Positions 40,698 through 56,699 of a stretch of DNA of 64,000 bases are shown in pieces. The translations under genes were made by a program, and so were the position numbers. Position 1 is the first letter of the stretch. Each line of letters starts with the position of its first letter. The notes beneath the pieces were generated by a model. That model had not been told where the DNA came from. It did no database searches and saw only the letters and a program-made list of their open reading frames with translations. The DNA is taken from assembly GCA_951406725.2 (NCBI GenBank), contig OX597822.1, forward strand, positions 12,772,001 to 12,836,000, read 5' to 3'. This stretch comes from Octopus vulgaris (taxonomy: Eukaryota).

Positions 40698-41463
40698 TAT
40701 ATATTATGCGTATGTATTTATCATGTGTACACACATACATATGAAAGTATGTTTTACATTTGTGCACGTATGAATATATAAGTTTAAATAACTATATCAA
40801 TAAGGAGATGTACATTCATGTGTGTATGTATATATGCCCGTATATACATATATTAGAATATATGTGTGTGTGTGCAGAAATAGTTATACATACAATATAC
40901 ACAGACACTCATAAATGGTTTGTATGTTTGTGTGTATGTGTGTGTGTATGTGTGTGTGTGTGTGTGCGTGTGTATGTATGTTTGTGTGAGCGTACAACTG
41001 TATCTGAAGACACTTGGACGTTAAACTGGAGGTTCAGGATCATTCAATGCTTTGGAGTAGAGTTGCAGATTTAGTTTCACGAGAAAAATAGTTGACTGTA
41101 ACTTCGAACTTACGGAACCTTTCCGTTGGCAGACGCACACAAACTTTCATAAGCCTTGCATATTTATCTCTCTATCTCTCTATCTATCTGTCTATCCATC
41201 CATCCATCCATCCATCCATCCATCCATCCATCCATCCATCTGTCTCTCTTTCTGTCTGTCAAGACTACTGAAAAGGTTGCAAAACGCAACAAAAGTTTTA
41301 GGAAAATAAAAAAAAAAAATAAGTGAAAATGTTACCGGTGCGTGTGTTATATTATGAGGCACAAAAAGGAAATGACTTTCCCAAAACACATCTATGAATA
41401 TTACTTACAGAATTGTAAAAAATCGACACCGCTTAACAAAACCACTCACATGTATATATATAC

Positions 41464-41880
41464 AGGCGCAGGAGTGGCTGTGTGGTAAGTAGCTTGCTAA
41501 CCAACCACATGGTTCCGGGTTCAGTCCCACTGCGTGGCATCTTGGGCAAGTGTCTTCTGCTATAGCCCCGGACCGACCAATGCCTTGTGAGTGGATTTGG
41601 TAGACGGAAACTGAAAGAAGCCTGTCGTATATATGTATATATATGTATATATGTATGTGTGTGTGTGTGTGTGTGTGTTTGTGTGTCTGTGTTTGTCCCC
41701 CTAGCATTGCTTGACAACCGATGCTGGTGTGTTTACTTCTCTGTCACTTAGCGGTTCGGCAAAAGAGACCGATAGAATAAGTACTGGGCTTACAAAGAAT
41801 AGGTCCCGGGGTCGATTTGCTCGACTAAAGGCGGTGCTCCAGCATGGCCGCAGTCAAATGACTGAAACAACTAAAAGAGA
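41464..41880 (+). mobile_element. SINE family A, full length
   Basis: Near-identical to 25157-25565. Confidence 0.93.
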
Positions 41881-42112
41881 GAAATATATATATATATATG
41901 TATGTATATATGTATGTATGTATGTATGCGTGAGTGTGTGTGTGTGCTTTATCTTCTATACAACACATACCTTGGATAATGGAACTACAACTGTAACATC
42001 TAACATGTTTTTAATTTCATATTTCCCTTTATATTTCTGATATCTCTCCCTTTCCAAAATATCTTCTTATATTGTACTCTATTATTTCCTTCGATTTAAC
42101 TCTCTCATATCG

Positions 42113-42158
42113 TCTCTGATGATGGGATATCTTTTATATCCCTGAAACAGCTATAAGG
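42113..42158 (+). ncRNA. Minimal type-I hammerhead ribozyme
   Basis: tct-CTGATGA-t-gggatat-ctttt-atatccc-t-GAAA-cagcta-TA-agg. Intact core and 7-bp stem II; stem III has one substitution relative to 59667-59740. Confidence 0.75.
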
Positions 42159-42255
42159 CTACCTTTCGCTTCTTATATGTTCTAGAAATTGCACACTGGC
42201 TTGGCTTTGTTGTCTCATTTTATCTAACACAAATCCCTTACACCCACGCACACAG

Positions 42256-42314
<59 letters not shown>

Positions 42315-42499
42315 TACATATATATATTGCATATACACAAATACATACACACACATAATATACATCCTGTTAGATAGAGAAATAGATAGACAGAGAGATG
42401 GAGAGAGAGAGAGAAAGACACAGGACGGCAGGCAGACAGACAGATATGACAAACAGATAGATAGACAGATAAATAGATAGATAGCTAAATAAAGAGATT

Positions 42500-42679
<180 letters not shown>

Positions 42680-43158
42680 TATAGAGAGATAGATATACAG
42701 ATAGACAGTTCGATCGGTTGATATTCATTGACAAACGCAAAACTTTTTGAGACTTCCGTCGATTGTATATATATATATATATGTATATATATACACTTCC
42801 ATATGTGCATACATACATGCATATATATGTGTGTGTGTGTGTGTTTATGGGTATGTGTATATGTATGTATGGAGATCTAATAACTGACTATTTACATAAA
42901 CTATCTCGGAATGATCGGAAGAAACCATTAGAGAAATTTCCCGGCATTTCATTCACCATTCTCTTTAATAGGATATGTTTATGGATATTTTCACTTAATA
43001 TATGTATATCATCTCCGAGCTCACTAAATCGTAAATACATAATCTTATAGACATCACACACGAGCGTAGATGCACCGACACATGCATATGCACGCTCAGA
43101 CGCACAAACACAGACTTACCTCCATTGTTTTAGTACACACACATATATATATAAATAT

Positions 43159-44312
<1,154 letters not shown>

Positions 44313-44599
44313 TCTTCTTACCAGTTTCCCATTGGTGAATCTTACATATTCCATGCAAAGTTTTCTAGTTAGAATATCTCAAACTTTGATTAGTATATTT
44401 ATAGTTATTTTCAATACATATAGATTTCTGTACGTTTCAAGAACAATTCTTTAGGCAAACTTTTGTTACAATTATAGACTTATTCAAATCTGAGAAACGT
44501 GTTTGAAATGCTTGTTCCTTTGATGAAGGAATTTCTAGTTATTCCTTTCTCGTTTCGAATACGTACAAGTATACAACATATAATTTTGTCACATATAAT

Positions 44600-44642
<43 letters not shown>

Positions 44643-45148
44643 AATGATTATAACGATAGAGAGCATCGAGACTGGTACATCCTCAAAATTTATTTCCTTT
44701 TAATTTACGTTATGTCATACAGAATATTTTTATGCTACGTCAACCTAAACGTCTTTCCGCTGCTCAGAATCTGGGCAGTGTCATGGGCAATCGGGCGTAA
44801 TTTTCTGTGTAGTTTCTTTCAGGATCTTTCGCTCAAGAAGATAGGAAAAGGCTTCAGAGAATCGAACATTCCGCAGTTCGGGTGAGTGGCTTTTACGTCA
44901 TCCGCAATTCATAAATGCCTCACAAACAACATCCGTACACACATAGAGATATGCAGGTATATGCATAGATTATCCGATACTGGGTTATCCATTTACCTAA
45001 TGTTCTTCCTAGAAGTAAGTTTTATGAAAGTTTTATGTTCGCTACCTGCTCACATCTTTGCCAATATATATACAGTGAAGCATTACTATAGTGTCGTAAA
45101 ATTATCGACTGCTATTTCCAGTAAACATTGGTGCCTTGTTGTACCACT

Positions 45149-45209
<61 letters not shown>

Positions 45210-45440
45210 CATATCAAGTGGCGACCATGGCAAGAAAAACTCATAGGTAATAATTATTATTAAAATTATAACTTAGTGTATCTAAATACTACCATGCTAG
45301 AAATGCAGCCAAAGTTTCGTCCAGTAACCTAACTCAAATTAGCTCTCCGAGAGCGGCCGATAGTGGGACCGAAATCCTCTGGTGATTCGCAAGGAATGCA
45401 GTTTCTAGGTATTGACCTATAAGCAGATACACATACATAT

Positions 45441-45493
<53 letters not shown>

Positions 45494-45503
45494 CACATAT
45501 ACA

Positions 45504-45585
<82 letters not shown>

Positions 45586-45604
45586 TACACATATATATAT
45601 ATAT

Positions 45605-45671
<67 letters not shown>

Positions 45672-46139
45672 TATATATATACATATATATATATACATAC
45701 ATACATACATATACATACACCTTGCGATGGATACATTATCACCATTTTATAGTTTTAATTTCGCGCATGAGCATTGTGTGTTTTAGATTTTGTCGACTAC
45801 ACAGTATAGTGGGGTAAGTCGGACACCATCTGCGAGAAACACAGTACCATGACGCGATTCGCACTACAATACATATGGAAACGACATGCTGTATAACTTA
45901 GCATTCGTGCCGGAAGGTCCAATACGGACATTTCCAGTTTTTCTTTTAAATACAAGAGTAACTAGTGATTAATGGAATATTATCCAACGACTAAACCCAA
46001 ATGACCGTCAATAACTAAAAGTCTGAAGATATGCGAACGATTGGGGCAAACTTTTGAAAATACTTTTTACAGGCAGAGGGTTAAAATGGAAGCGTGCGCT
46101 TCATAATGTTGACATAAATATGTGATATCGGGCAAAACA

Positions 46140-46185
<46 letters not shown>

Positions 46186-46775
46186 CACGATATTTTGAAT
46201 ACTAGAAGGATTTTTGCTGTAGCTTTGCTTGATCTGTGCTGATCTGGGGTTAACAACAACAGCTATAAACTATGAAATAATGCTTTCCTTTAACCTTCCT
46301 CGCCACCAGTGTATTCAATGTCAACGCAACGACCACACAGGGACCGCCTTTTCTTCCTTTAACCAAATAATAAAAGGAAATGAAAACACATTTCACCTCT
46401 GTGATCTTCGATTCCACTGCTTGTACTAGACTATTACAAATAACGCACAAGACATTACATTCTCGTCTATTGTGTTTTATTATATCATATTATATTATAG
46501 CATTTTATATTGTATAATGACATTACATTGTATTTGATACTATTGTTAACACTACAAATAGAGAAGATATCTACCGACACATTATGATACTTAAAAATAT
46601 CAACAAAAAAAATTCAGTACGTACTGAAATCAAATGAAATTATTAAATAAAAGCGTGTGTGTGAGTGCTAGCAAATGATAGCGTGTTAGTACGTGTATAT
46701 TACGTATGATTATCTATGATAGAAATCAGTTTACACACACATATATATATATATTCATATATATATATATATATA

Positions 46776-46836
<61 letters not shown>

Positions 46837-46861
46837 AGATGTAGATATACTTATATATATA

Positions 46862-47243
46862 GGAGGCGCAATGGCCCAGTGGTTAGGGCAGCGGACTCGC
46901 GGTCGTAGGATCGCGGTTTCGATTCCCAGACCGGGCGTTGTAAGTGTTTATTGAGCGAAAACACCTAAAGCTCCACGAGGCTCCGGCAGGGGGTGGTGGC
47001 GGTCCCTGCTGTACTCTTTCACCACCGCTTTCTCTCACTCTTACTTCCTGTTTCTGTTGTACCTGTATTTCAAAGGGCCGGCCTTGTCACTCTCTGTGTC
47101 ACGCTGAATATCCCCGAGAACTACGTTAAGGGTACACGTGTCTGTGGAGTGCTCAGCCACTTACACGTTAATTTCACGAGCAGGCTGTTCCGTTGATTCG
47201 GATCAACCGGAACCCTCGTCGTCGTAACCGACGGAGTGCTTCC
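46862..47243 (+). mobile_element. SINE family B, full length
   Basis: Near-identical to 12322-12705. Confidence 0.93.
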
Positions 47244-47854
47244 GATATATATAGTTTCACATATATATGTATATATAATATGCATGTATATGTATATATG
47301 TATGTGTATATCCATGTCTACCTATCGATATGTGTGTGTGTTTGTGTTCGTGTGTGCGTATGTGTGCGTGCGTACCACTTAGTAACGTACATCAATCTAC
47401 AATTTATAGTCTGGGAAAAAAACCTTTTCTATATATAAATTAAGAATTACACTAACATTACAGTGTCTGGGGAATATTCGGCCACATTGCACGCTGATTC
47501 AGTAATTAGGCTGAACAGTAAATATGTTGAACTCGACAGATGAGCGGTCATTTTTTTGCGATTTGAGTATAAAGAAGTGGAAGGTGCATGTCTTAGTGTT
47601 AGGGTAACGCACTCAAGATTGTAGTTTCGATTCCTGGACCGTGATATACGTTGGAATTTTTAGCGAAGCACTTCATTTCATGTTGGTCTAATCAACACAG
47701 CGACTAAAAATGAGAAATTCAGCGTCAGACCAGCGCAGTGTCCATGGGACGGAAATGCTATAAATACGCTAGAGAATACTGGAAATCGGTCCACCGGTCC
47801 TACGCACTTTAATGACTAACCCGGACTGGTTATATATGTATTTTGTATTCTTTT

Positions 47855-48242
47855 TTCTTTTATTCCTTTACTTGTTTCAGTCATCTGACAGCGGCCATAC
47901 TGAAGCACCGCCTTTAGTCGAACAATTCCACCCCAGGACTTACTCTTTCTAAGCCTAGTACTTATTCTATCGGTCTTTTTTGCGGAACTGCTAAAATACG
48001 AGGATGTAAACACACCAAATCACTTGACAAGCGATGGTGGAGGAAAACACTGACACACAAAGACATACATACACATATACGACGGGCTTCTTTCAGTTTC
48101 CGTCTACCAAATCATTCACAAGGCTTTGGTCAGCCCGAGGCTATAGGAGAAGACACTTGCCCAAGATGCAAGATGTCACGTGGTGGGACTGAACCCGGAA
48201 TCTTGTGGTTGGGAAGCAAGCTTATCACACAGCCACTCCTGC
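47855..48242 (-). mobile_element. SINE family A
   Basis: Full-length reverse match. Confidence 0.9.
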
Positions 48243-49279
48243 TAATGTATGTATATTATAAGTAATATTAGAAATAATATCTAATAATATTCTATGGATG
48301 TGTTGAGGTAGGCCCATAAAAATACATGTCATGCCGAAACATATGTACCAATGCATTAATAAAAAGGCAAAAATCTCAAGTCGTGGATTTGTATAATTGC
48401 AACACCATATGAGCACAAATGCGCCTGAAACAATTGTACAGTTACGAGCACCAGGCTACCTTTGCAAAATTGACGCCTCAAACACCACCACCACAACCAG
48501 TAATAACATCAACAACATCAATAGCAACAACGATGCAAACATCGCCCCACCATCACCTTAGTAATAATAAGAACGACAAATTTTACTGCAGCCAGCGACA
48601 CCTAACGCCAATAATGTTAGCAAAGGTGAAAGCAACAAGGATATCAACAGCATCACCACCCTATGTGGTCAGTCTCACCCTACCAACAACACCAGATTCA
48701 CTTCGACTACGCCACTACCAACAACAACCCCACCGCAGATATTTACATTACCGTTGCCACTGCCATGGCGTATGCGTTTCAGTTTATGTCCTGAAGCGAA
48801 GAGAATCAGAGTAAACTGATAAGCGATTCAATAATCATTAGTAGATCGATATAATGATATCAGTGAGACTGTAATGAAAAGGTGAACGAGGGCATGTATT
48901 GCATCACATCTTGCCAAACTATCAGATTCACTGAATGGTTTAATACGCAATCATAACGCATTCCTCGACCCTACTCGTCTAAAAACTTCATAAATTTTAT
49001 CATCCTCTATTCTCTGTGATCTTTGTGTACTTATGCGGGCAGACACGAGTGTGTGTGTGTTTGTGATTTGTAGGTGTGACAGTGTGTGAGTGTATGCGTG
49101 TACACACACACAAACACGCACGCACACGCACGCACACACATATACATATTTAATCTTGTATTTTTTTTTTCAGTTATTGGACTTTGCCATGCTGGGGCAC
49201 ATCGTTGGTATATTTAGTCGAACAAATTACCCCACCACTTAATTCAGTCGTTTAAACTAATAGACTACCCGTTACATAC

Positions 49280-49315
<36 letters not shown>

Positions 49316-51053
49316 TCACATGTCCGACGAACGGGAACGTGAAACTCTCAGTAACAGCTTTTGATATAATTCTGCTACTTTTAAATAAAGTATATATACA
49401 CATATACATATACATATGTGAGTGTATGCACTTGTGTATAAGCATATATATAATAAATGCATACATTAGATATATGCATTATTAGTGCTAAATTTGATTT
49501 TTGTATGTCGCCCTTCGTCATTTACATTGAGATTGGATGTGGTAAATGAAAAATAAAAAGCCCTCCAGATATATTTCATGTGTGTGTGTGACGTCTTTAG
49601 ATTGTATTTCTGCGCTCTTTCGCGTGTAGGGCAAACACTGTATTCGTAGCTGAGGAGTCGAATGAATGCTTAGCTAGCATTTGACGAAAGTAATGCTACT
49701 AAGAAATTTGTTTGCCGATAATGAATCAAGTGCAGCTGAGGACAGCAATGAAGCATTTGGTTTCAGCATTGCATCAAATTTCAAAATTGCTTGATAATAG
49801 ATTTTACTGAGATGCTGACCTTGCAGTCATACGGTCTTACGCCATCCAAAATCCCATATATCACACAATTAAACAAAAGATTTAATTATCAATTTCACGT
49901 TGCTTAGCCTTAATAACAGTCATCAATGGCAGAAACAGATGCAAATTTCCACTGACGTCACAGCTACAGTCCGGTTGATTATCGATCATAGAGAAAGGTG
50001 ACGGAGAAGACAATGAATATGATTATATATTCCAACCTCATTCCCAATGTATTTTAATAATTAATTAATAAGTGCAAGAATAATTAGTGATCCTGGAGAT
50101 GAGGAGGGTAGTTATTACGTTAATGCATCGAAATTGTGTGACTCTTCAGAGAATTTCGTTTTCTTAAATAAATGTACGAAGTAGCGAGATAGACCAAGAA
50201 AGCTTGACATCATCTGGTTTAACGACGCCTTCAGCAAAAGTGTGAAGTCAAATGTAGTCAAAGTCAGCTGAAACTACAACACAATGCTTCACAACAATAA
50301 TCTAAAATTTAGTTACAGCTGTCTGGAAAACATTACTAGTATTATAATGATTAATCTTTGAATATCCAAGTAAATGAACATCCAGAAATAAATGCAAGCC
50401 AAAGTTGGCCGCTCTTTGCTATGGAATAAATTGTCTACGTAAAGAGCATAACAAGTCGTGTGGATAGAATGGAAAAAATAGATATTCATAATAGTATGTG
50501 CGAAGGCGAATTAAAGGTCCACCTCCTCAATCGCCAGTACACTTATAGGAATATATGTCACATAAATGTATTTTATTCAACGTTGCTTCGTGCGACTTTA
50601 TTTCTATGATTCTAGCTTCAACAAGACTTAAGCACATCCGCAAATATACCGTTTGATGTTCTAGTCGTATATGGGCGAACCATCTCTATCGGTCTGTTGA
50701 GAACAGAATAGGGCTCGACATCGGGAAAGAACAGAGAAACATATATGCGTCTTGTATATAACCTTATACCGTCTATCAGTAGCGATTAAAAACACTGTAT
50801 CGAACATTACGATTTTAGTTGGTTAATAATCGAATACACCCACCACCTATATAACATTAGGAAATACTGCAGCGTTCTGCAGAGAAACACCACGCAATAA
50901 CGAATCAAACTGATTCCATAGACAAACTATCAGAAATAAAATATGAACAGAACACTATGAAGAAAATAAATTCTAACAGGGAAACTTGAATACCAGAATG
51001 GAAACTGACTGATCTACCAGACAAACAGAAAAAACAAATGAAAATACATAAAT

Positions 51054-51218
51054 AAGTGACTTCAAGGTATCAACCCAAAAGTGATTTCAAAGCGTCAAGA
51101 CAGAAGCGATTTTAAGCCATTAAGATAGAAGTGATTTCAAAACCCAGCATTAGGCATTAAGATAGAAGTGATTTCAAAGCATCAACACAGAAGTGGTTTC
51201 AAAACGTCAAGATAGAAA
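51054..51218 (+). repeat. ~25-bp minisatellite, about 6 degenerate units
   Basis: Unit approximately aagtgatttcaaagcgtcaagatag. Confidence 0.85.
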
Positions 51219-51534
51219 TCGAAAACAGAGATGATCCAGTGTGTATGCGTTATCTGAGGATTTGCTCAACAGTGAAAACCTGAAGTCATCAAATTTAATA
51301 AAAATACATACATATTTAGCAACAATATGATTAATATAACTGCCGAATTGGTTATTTCTTATTTTATTCGTGTAAATACATGGAAACATAATACTATTTC
51401 TAAAATTCAAAACGCACATTGTTTAAGATATTGAGTTCATTTTCCTTCTTATCGTTTCTATGTACTTAATAGTACCATACACCTCCATATATAAATAAAT
51501 GTGTGTATGTATGTATATACATATGTCTATATAA

Positions 51535-51601
<67 letters not shown>

Positions 51602-51666
51602 TGTATGCGTATGTATATGTGAGTTTTGTTAGCATGCATGTATATACACACATTATTACATACATG

Positions 51667-51741
<75 letters not shown>

Positions 51742-51819
51742 TTATTTATATTTATTTATTTATATTTATATATATATATAATCTCTGCTAAAAATTGAAA
51801 TGTTGTGTACATATGTTTT

Positions 51820-52174
51820 TATTACCTTCGCCTTCGCTAAGGCGGACGTATTGTTTTCAGTCGTGTTTGTCCTTGGACAAGATGTCTCAAGAACCGCTGG
51901 ATGAATTCGAATAAAACTGTCAGGGATACTTGGCCTCGTGACTGACACAAACTGATTAGATTTTGGGATCAATCCAGTACCGGAAAAGGATTCTGAATTG
52001 ATTTTCCTGTCTTTTTTTTTTTTTTTACTTAATTTCTGAGAATGGTCGGGTTCATTTTTAGTATCCTTGTTTGTGGGAGCAGTCGAGTTTATTTCAGTTT
52101 TTCTCATTTTAAAAATCATCTCTGGCTAATCATTGAGAGGACTTTGGTGTTGCCTTGGCGGAGGTTTGTGCTCT
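51820..52174 (+). mobile_element. Non-autonomous Helentron/HINE-like element
   Basis: Starts in a T-run with attaccttcgccttcgctaaggc and ends with the sub-terminal inverted copy gccttggcggaggt, then ttgtgctct. Confidence 0.65.
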
Positions 52175-53168
52175 TATTTTATCATTATTATTTTTCTTTT
52201 TGATTTTATACGCATGTGTGTTTTCTGCCTTAATATATGTGTGCGTGCGTGTGCATGTTTACGTGTGCTACTATATAACATAGTCGTTTTTCAAATAATT
52301 CAAATGGTTTGTCTTTATTGTTTCTAGAGTTTTTTTAAGTGCGTTTTCTTTTACCTTACGTATTGATATCCATCTTATGACGTCATACATAAGATAGACT
52401 ACACCAAGCAGGTGCTGCATCGCCTACCATTGTTTTAAAGCTGATCCGAACTTCACTGTAGACATAGCCATGCATATATAAAATCATTGATAAATAACAT
52501 GATATTTAGCGTCGAAACTCATTTTTATCTTTGTTTATGTACACAGAAATAGTTCACACATTTTCTTTTTGTCATATTAGGAAATGTTAATGTCTTAAAT
52601 ATTATATTGCAAGTCTTCGCTTATTTTCTTTTTGTACAATAATAACATTCACATATTTATAACGATAATGAAAATATAACAACAGATGCTTATGTTGTGT
52701 GATCCCAGCTCAATTCTGAGCGAATTTATTGTTTTAGGAACTTATAAGAACAATATTTTTTTACGTGTCCTTAAATTATTTAAGACGTAAGGATATCCTT
52801 TATAAAAAGAATATTTGCTGCTATTTCTAGTGGGTCTAGCAAACACCCGGATGTTCTTTCCATTGGTTTAGGGTATTTTCCTTTAATGTTACTAGCCCCA
52901 GATCAATTAGCCCCAGATCAATTTTGATCGAGTAGAGCTCATACTGGTTCAAACGTTTGGCACAAGGTCAACAATTTATATATATATATATACATATTTC
53001 TCCACTTGAGCTTTCTTGGCGTAACACATGGACGAAACAGTCGTGTTACAGGAACAACAAGTATAATATTATAATTCTTACCGTCAGGTCAAACAGATCA
53101 GGTATAACAATTAATTACCATTAATGCGGCGATGGTCAAGGCAAGTATGATTTGATTTGCTTTGCTTC

Positions 53169-53240
53169 TAGTCTGATGAGTCGAGAACGGTGGAAGTAAT
53201 TATATAAATTTGTTGATGACTAAAACTGCAAAGAACTACT
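53169..53240 (+). ncRNA. Degenerate hammerhead-like motif
   Basis: tagt-CTGATGA-gtc...gac-TAAA-actgca...acta. Confidence 0.4.
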
Positions 53241-53799
53241 AAAAAACTAAAGAAAATGTGGGACTGAACAAAAACATTCAGGGTAAGCATTTATGCGTTG
53301 AGTGTATTGTTGCACCCCGACTTCGAATGCAAGAGTCGGTGTCTCATTAAGGCTTGAAGCTGCTCTCTTAATGTTTCGGCCCCTCCCACCACACGACATC
53401 AGAGCAGGCGGAGGCCACCTGTCGATGTGAGTACCATGAGTCCCTCACAATAGCATGAGCGTTGTTGAGTCACATGTTGCGACTCTTATCCAGAGGTTTC
53501 TAATAAACTGAATGTTTTCTTGTTTTATTTGATCATTACACCTTCATCCAGGTGTAATGGCTTGCTTTCTGACTGGATTCCGACAGTTTTGTTTCAGAAC
53601 ATCTCTTGTCTCCTTCGCAGCTGGTCGAAGACTCCTGAGCATCGGGTAAACCTTGGTTTCAACGAATCCTCTGAAACCTGTCGCAACCAGTTGGAAGTAA
53701 AAAGTAATTGGTGCGTGTATTACGCGAATATGAGATAAAGGACAAAATATTTCTCCTCTTTTTTTTGTATGAAAATAAGTAGAAAACAAGAAGTGAATA

Positions 53800-54620
53800 A
53801 TAGATAAGGACAATGACAGAAAAACGAAATGTTAGCAAAATAGTATTCTAAAATATACTAAGGAATATAAAAACAGAAAATCCGCTCCACGATCAATACT
53901 CTGCAAGACGTGAGAGAAAGGAAGTAAAACAGTGTGAAAGATAAGTTTGGCTCAAACGCTTTCGGCTAAATGCAGAAACAGAAATCTGATTTTGGTTGCA
54001 CAGGACCAATGCCTTGTCAGAAACAATTACGAAAATAAACTAATGAGATATGTGCTGACAGCGAGCGCAGACTGCTCAGCTACTACAACGAGAAAATTGA
54101 CTGCATCATTTATAGCCGCAAAGCCCTTGCTATGTCTGAATAAATTTAGAGCTGTGAACAAGTTGGTAGCGATGTCTGTTATGTAATATGCTAACATGAT
54201 GACCTGAAAACGAATGTAAAATTCTATTAACGTATACAAAACATTGTACAGGACGACGACCAAACTAGAATCTCCTGTGACTTGTCTGTTTGGTTGACAA
54301 GGAAATTGAGGCAAAAGGTCCACGTATAATTATTGAAATACCTGACAGCGTCATCCATTCTGAACAAAATAAAATTCTTTGAGAGGAAGTACGGAATCAG
54401 AATTTAATGATCTTCCATTTAAAAGAAGAAGGAACGTAGCATAGAAGTTAAAGTGATTCCAACAAAAATAGGAATACTGTGTTCTCTGAAGACCAAAATT
54501 ATACAAACTATTCTAAGGGTTCACAACGTTCTACGCAGTCCATGATATAGCTCTGCTAGATGCATCCCATCTTCCTTTTAATAACACAATTCAAATAGTA
54601 CGCCCTACACACTCATCCTT
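53800..54620 (+). pseudogene. Decayed R4/Dong-clade LINE 3' fragment
   Basis: PLHDQY and LILVAQDQCLVRNNY match R4/Dong 'PLHGQ...LILAAQDQ.L.TRNY'. Confidence 0.75.
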
Positions 54621-56589
54621 TTATAAAATAGCACAACCGACGCAGCACACAGACTGGAATTCTCCGCAGATGTTATAACCTGACTCTTGCTCTGTACAAT
54701 TGCGACCAACGTTATAACATAACTCGAACTCTTCAATAAAGCTGGGAATAGGAAAGATTCTTAAAGTGTTGAAGTGAACTCGCAGGATTTGTTCCGACTT
54801 ATTTCACTCTGATTTCAAATCCAGCCGAAGTCAATTTTGACTTTCATCCATTCTAGGTCAATAAAAGGTATGAATCCAAGATTGGGGTAACTGTTAAAGA
54901 GTGAGGCGAAGTTTCTTATGCTTGTTTGCGTTCTGACAGCAATAGTTGAGATGACACTAATGCTGATCAATATCGGCCCAAGTCGACGACATGGATACAC
55001 ACAGGAGCTGCGTGGAGAGAAAAGCCGGATAAACAACGGCTTGTTTTTCTCAATGAACATTTATAATGTCATATTTTGATGTTTCGCTCAATGGAGACAA
55101 TGCCGCTGAATGTATATATAAAATCGGGAACAAAGTCTAGAAAACCCTACGTGTATTTTGGTGGAATTTTGATGTGCAATAATTATTTCTACTATAAGAA
55201 AAAGGCCTGAAATTTAGGGGAAGGGACCAGTCGATTACATCGATCCCAATGTTTCACTGGTACTTAAATTATTGATCCTGAAAGTAGGAAAGGCAAAGTC
55301 GACCTCGGCTGAATTTGAACTCAGAACTTAAAGACCAACAAAATACCATGAAGATTTCGCCCGGTGAGCTAACGACTCAGCCAGCTCGCCGCCTTTTTCT
55401 GATTTACGATAACGACGGCACGTCCTAGTTGGTTCCCTAGCATTAAGCGTTATTGTAGCTCACCGGTAAATCAAATCCATTACCTCAAAGGAAATAATTT
55501 ATCTTACATCTTCTGATCTCTCCTTAACACTAGAAGATAGTACCACTGTGATCGCACTGCCTGAAGTTTGTGCAGCAGAGAATCCATTGAGACATTACAT
55601 GCAAATAAGTACATTCACCTAAACAAACAGATTGATGTAATCACTTTCGGCCTAAATAGTTTTTGAAGCATTTCATTTTGCCACAGAGAAGCCTGATGTT
55701 ACTGTATGAGTTACAAGTTCAAACCAGCGACGTATCTTATGTTTTATAACTCGCATTGTTTTGGATTTTCAAAACGAAAACATTTATGTCTAGCTAAAAA
55801 TAATTATGCGGTTGGGAAATAAAATATTAATCAAGCGTTAATATTATTTTCATTATGTTTCATACAAGACTCACTTTCTTTCCTATTACTGTCATCTCAG
55901 TATTGTAATTTAGCCATCAGCTATTTGTAGTAGCAATGATTAGTCAATTTCCTGTGTTGCTTCCTGCTTTCGACCCCCTCCCAATTTAAGTGTCAGTCAA
56001 TAATTAATATTGGTTAATTTATACTTGTCTTTTTTATATCAGTTGCTTTTATAAAGACCTACTCATTAAATATCGTAAACAAAAGTCCCCTGAACATTGC
56101 TGTTTCGAATCTTGGGACTCATAAGGCCTATTATCCTCTTTGCCAGTCCCTCATAGGGATTTTCCTTTACAGCTGAGTGGACTGGACCAACATGAAATTA
56201 AATGTTTTGCACAACGTACCGTCCGGTCCGGGAATCGAAACTCTGATTTTTCAATCTTGAGAGCAGCGCTCTCCTAGTTTGTCCAGGCACTTTCACCTCA
56301 TTAATTATATTTGTTTGAATCTAGTCACAAGGACTTTAAGGCAGTGACTGAAACAATCGTTACGGACAAAATGCATTTCAAGTTTTCTTCCGATTTTACA
56401 TTCTGAGATCGAATGCCACCATGGTTGACTTTGCTTTTTATCATTTCGGGATGAATGAAATAGCTACCAACATTTCTGGCTTTGTACCAAAAATCTGAAA
56501 CCTGTATAGTCACAAGGCCTAAAAGTTTGGGGCAGAGGGCTTGTCGATTACATGAAATATCAGAACCGAACAACCACTTCGGTTATCCA

Positions 56590-56699
56590 GGGATACAGGC
56601 ATCCAGCAACAGGACCTCCGTAATGCTATGATGGACCGTGAAGTCTGGCGCAACATGGTAAATTCCATTGTCTCGACCACGGTCGAACAATGATGATGA
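56590..56699 (+). mobile_element. Short 5'-truncated RTE-type LINE end with (GAT)n tail and TSD
   Basis: Encodes ...DTGIQQQDLRNAMMDREVWRNMVNSIVSTTVEQ*. Tail tgatgatgat. TSD cggttatcca at 56580-56589 and 56701-56710. Confidence 0.85.

Noticed and set aside
46862-46935. tRNA gene (Arg-like)
   Set aside because: Has boxes A and B but no proper cloverleaf, and continues into a SINE body found in several copies.
49600-51050. Possible very old R4/Dong 5' region
   Set aside because: Only faint motif resemblance (e.g. IPEW). Too decayed to support by eye; needs a translated HMM search.
51054-51218. CRISPR-like periodic repeat
   Set aside because: Contiguous degenerate units with no unique spacers, no cas genes and a eukaryotic context. 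It is a minisatellite.
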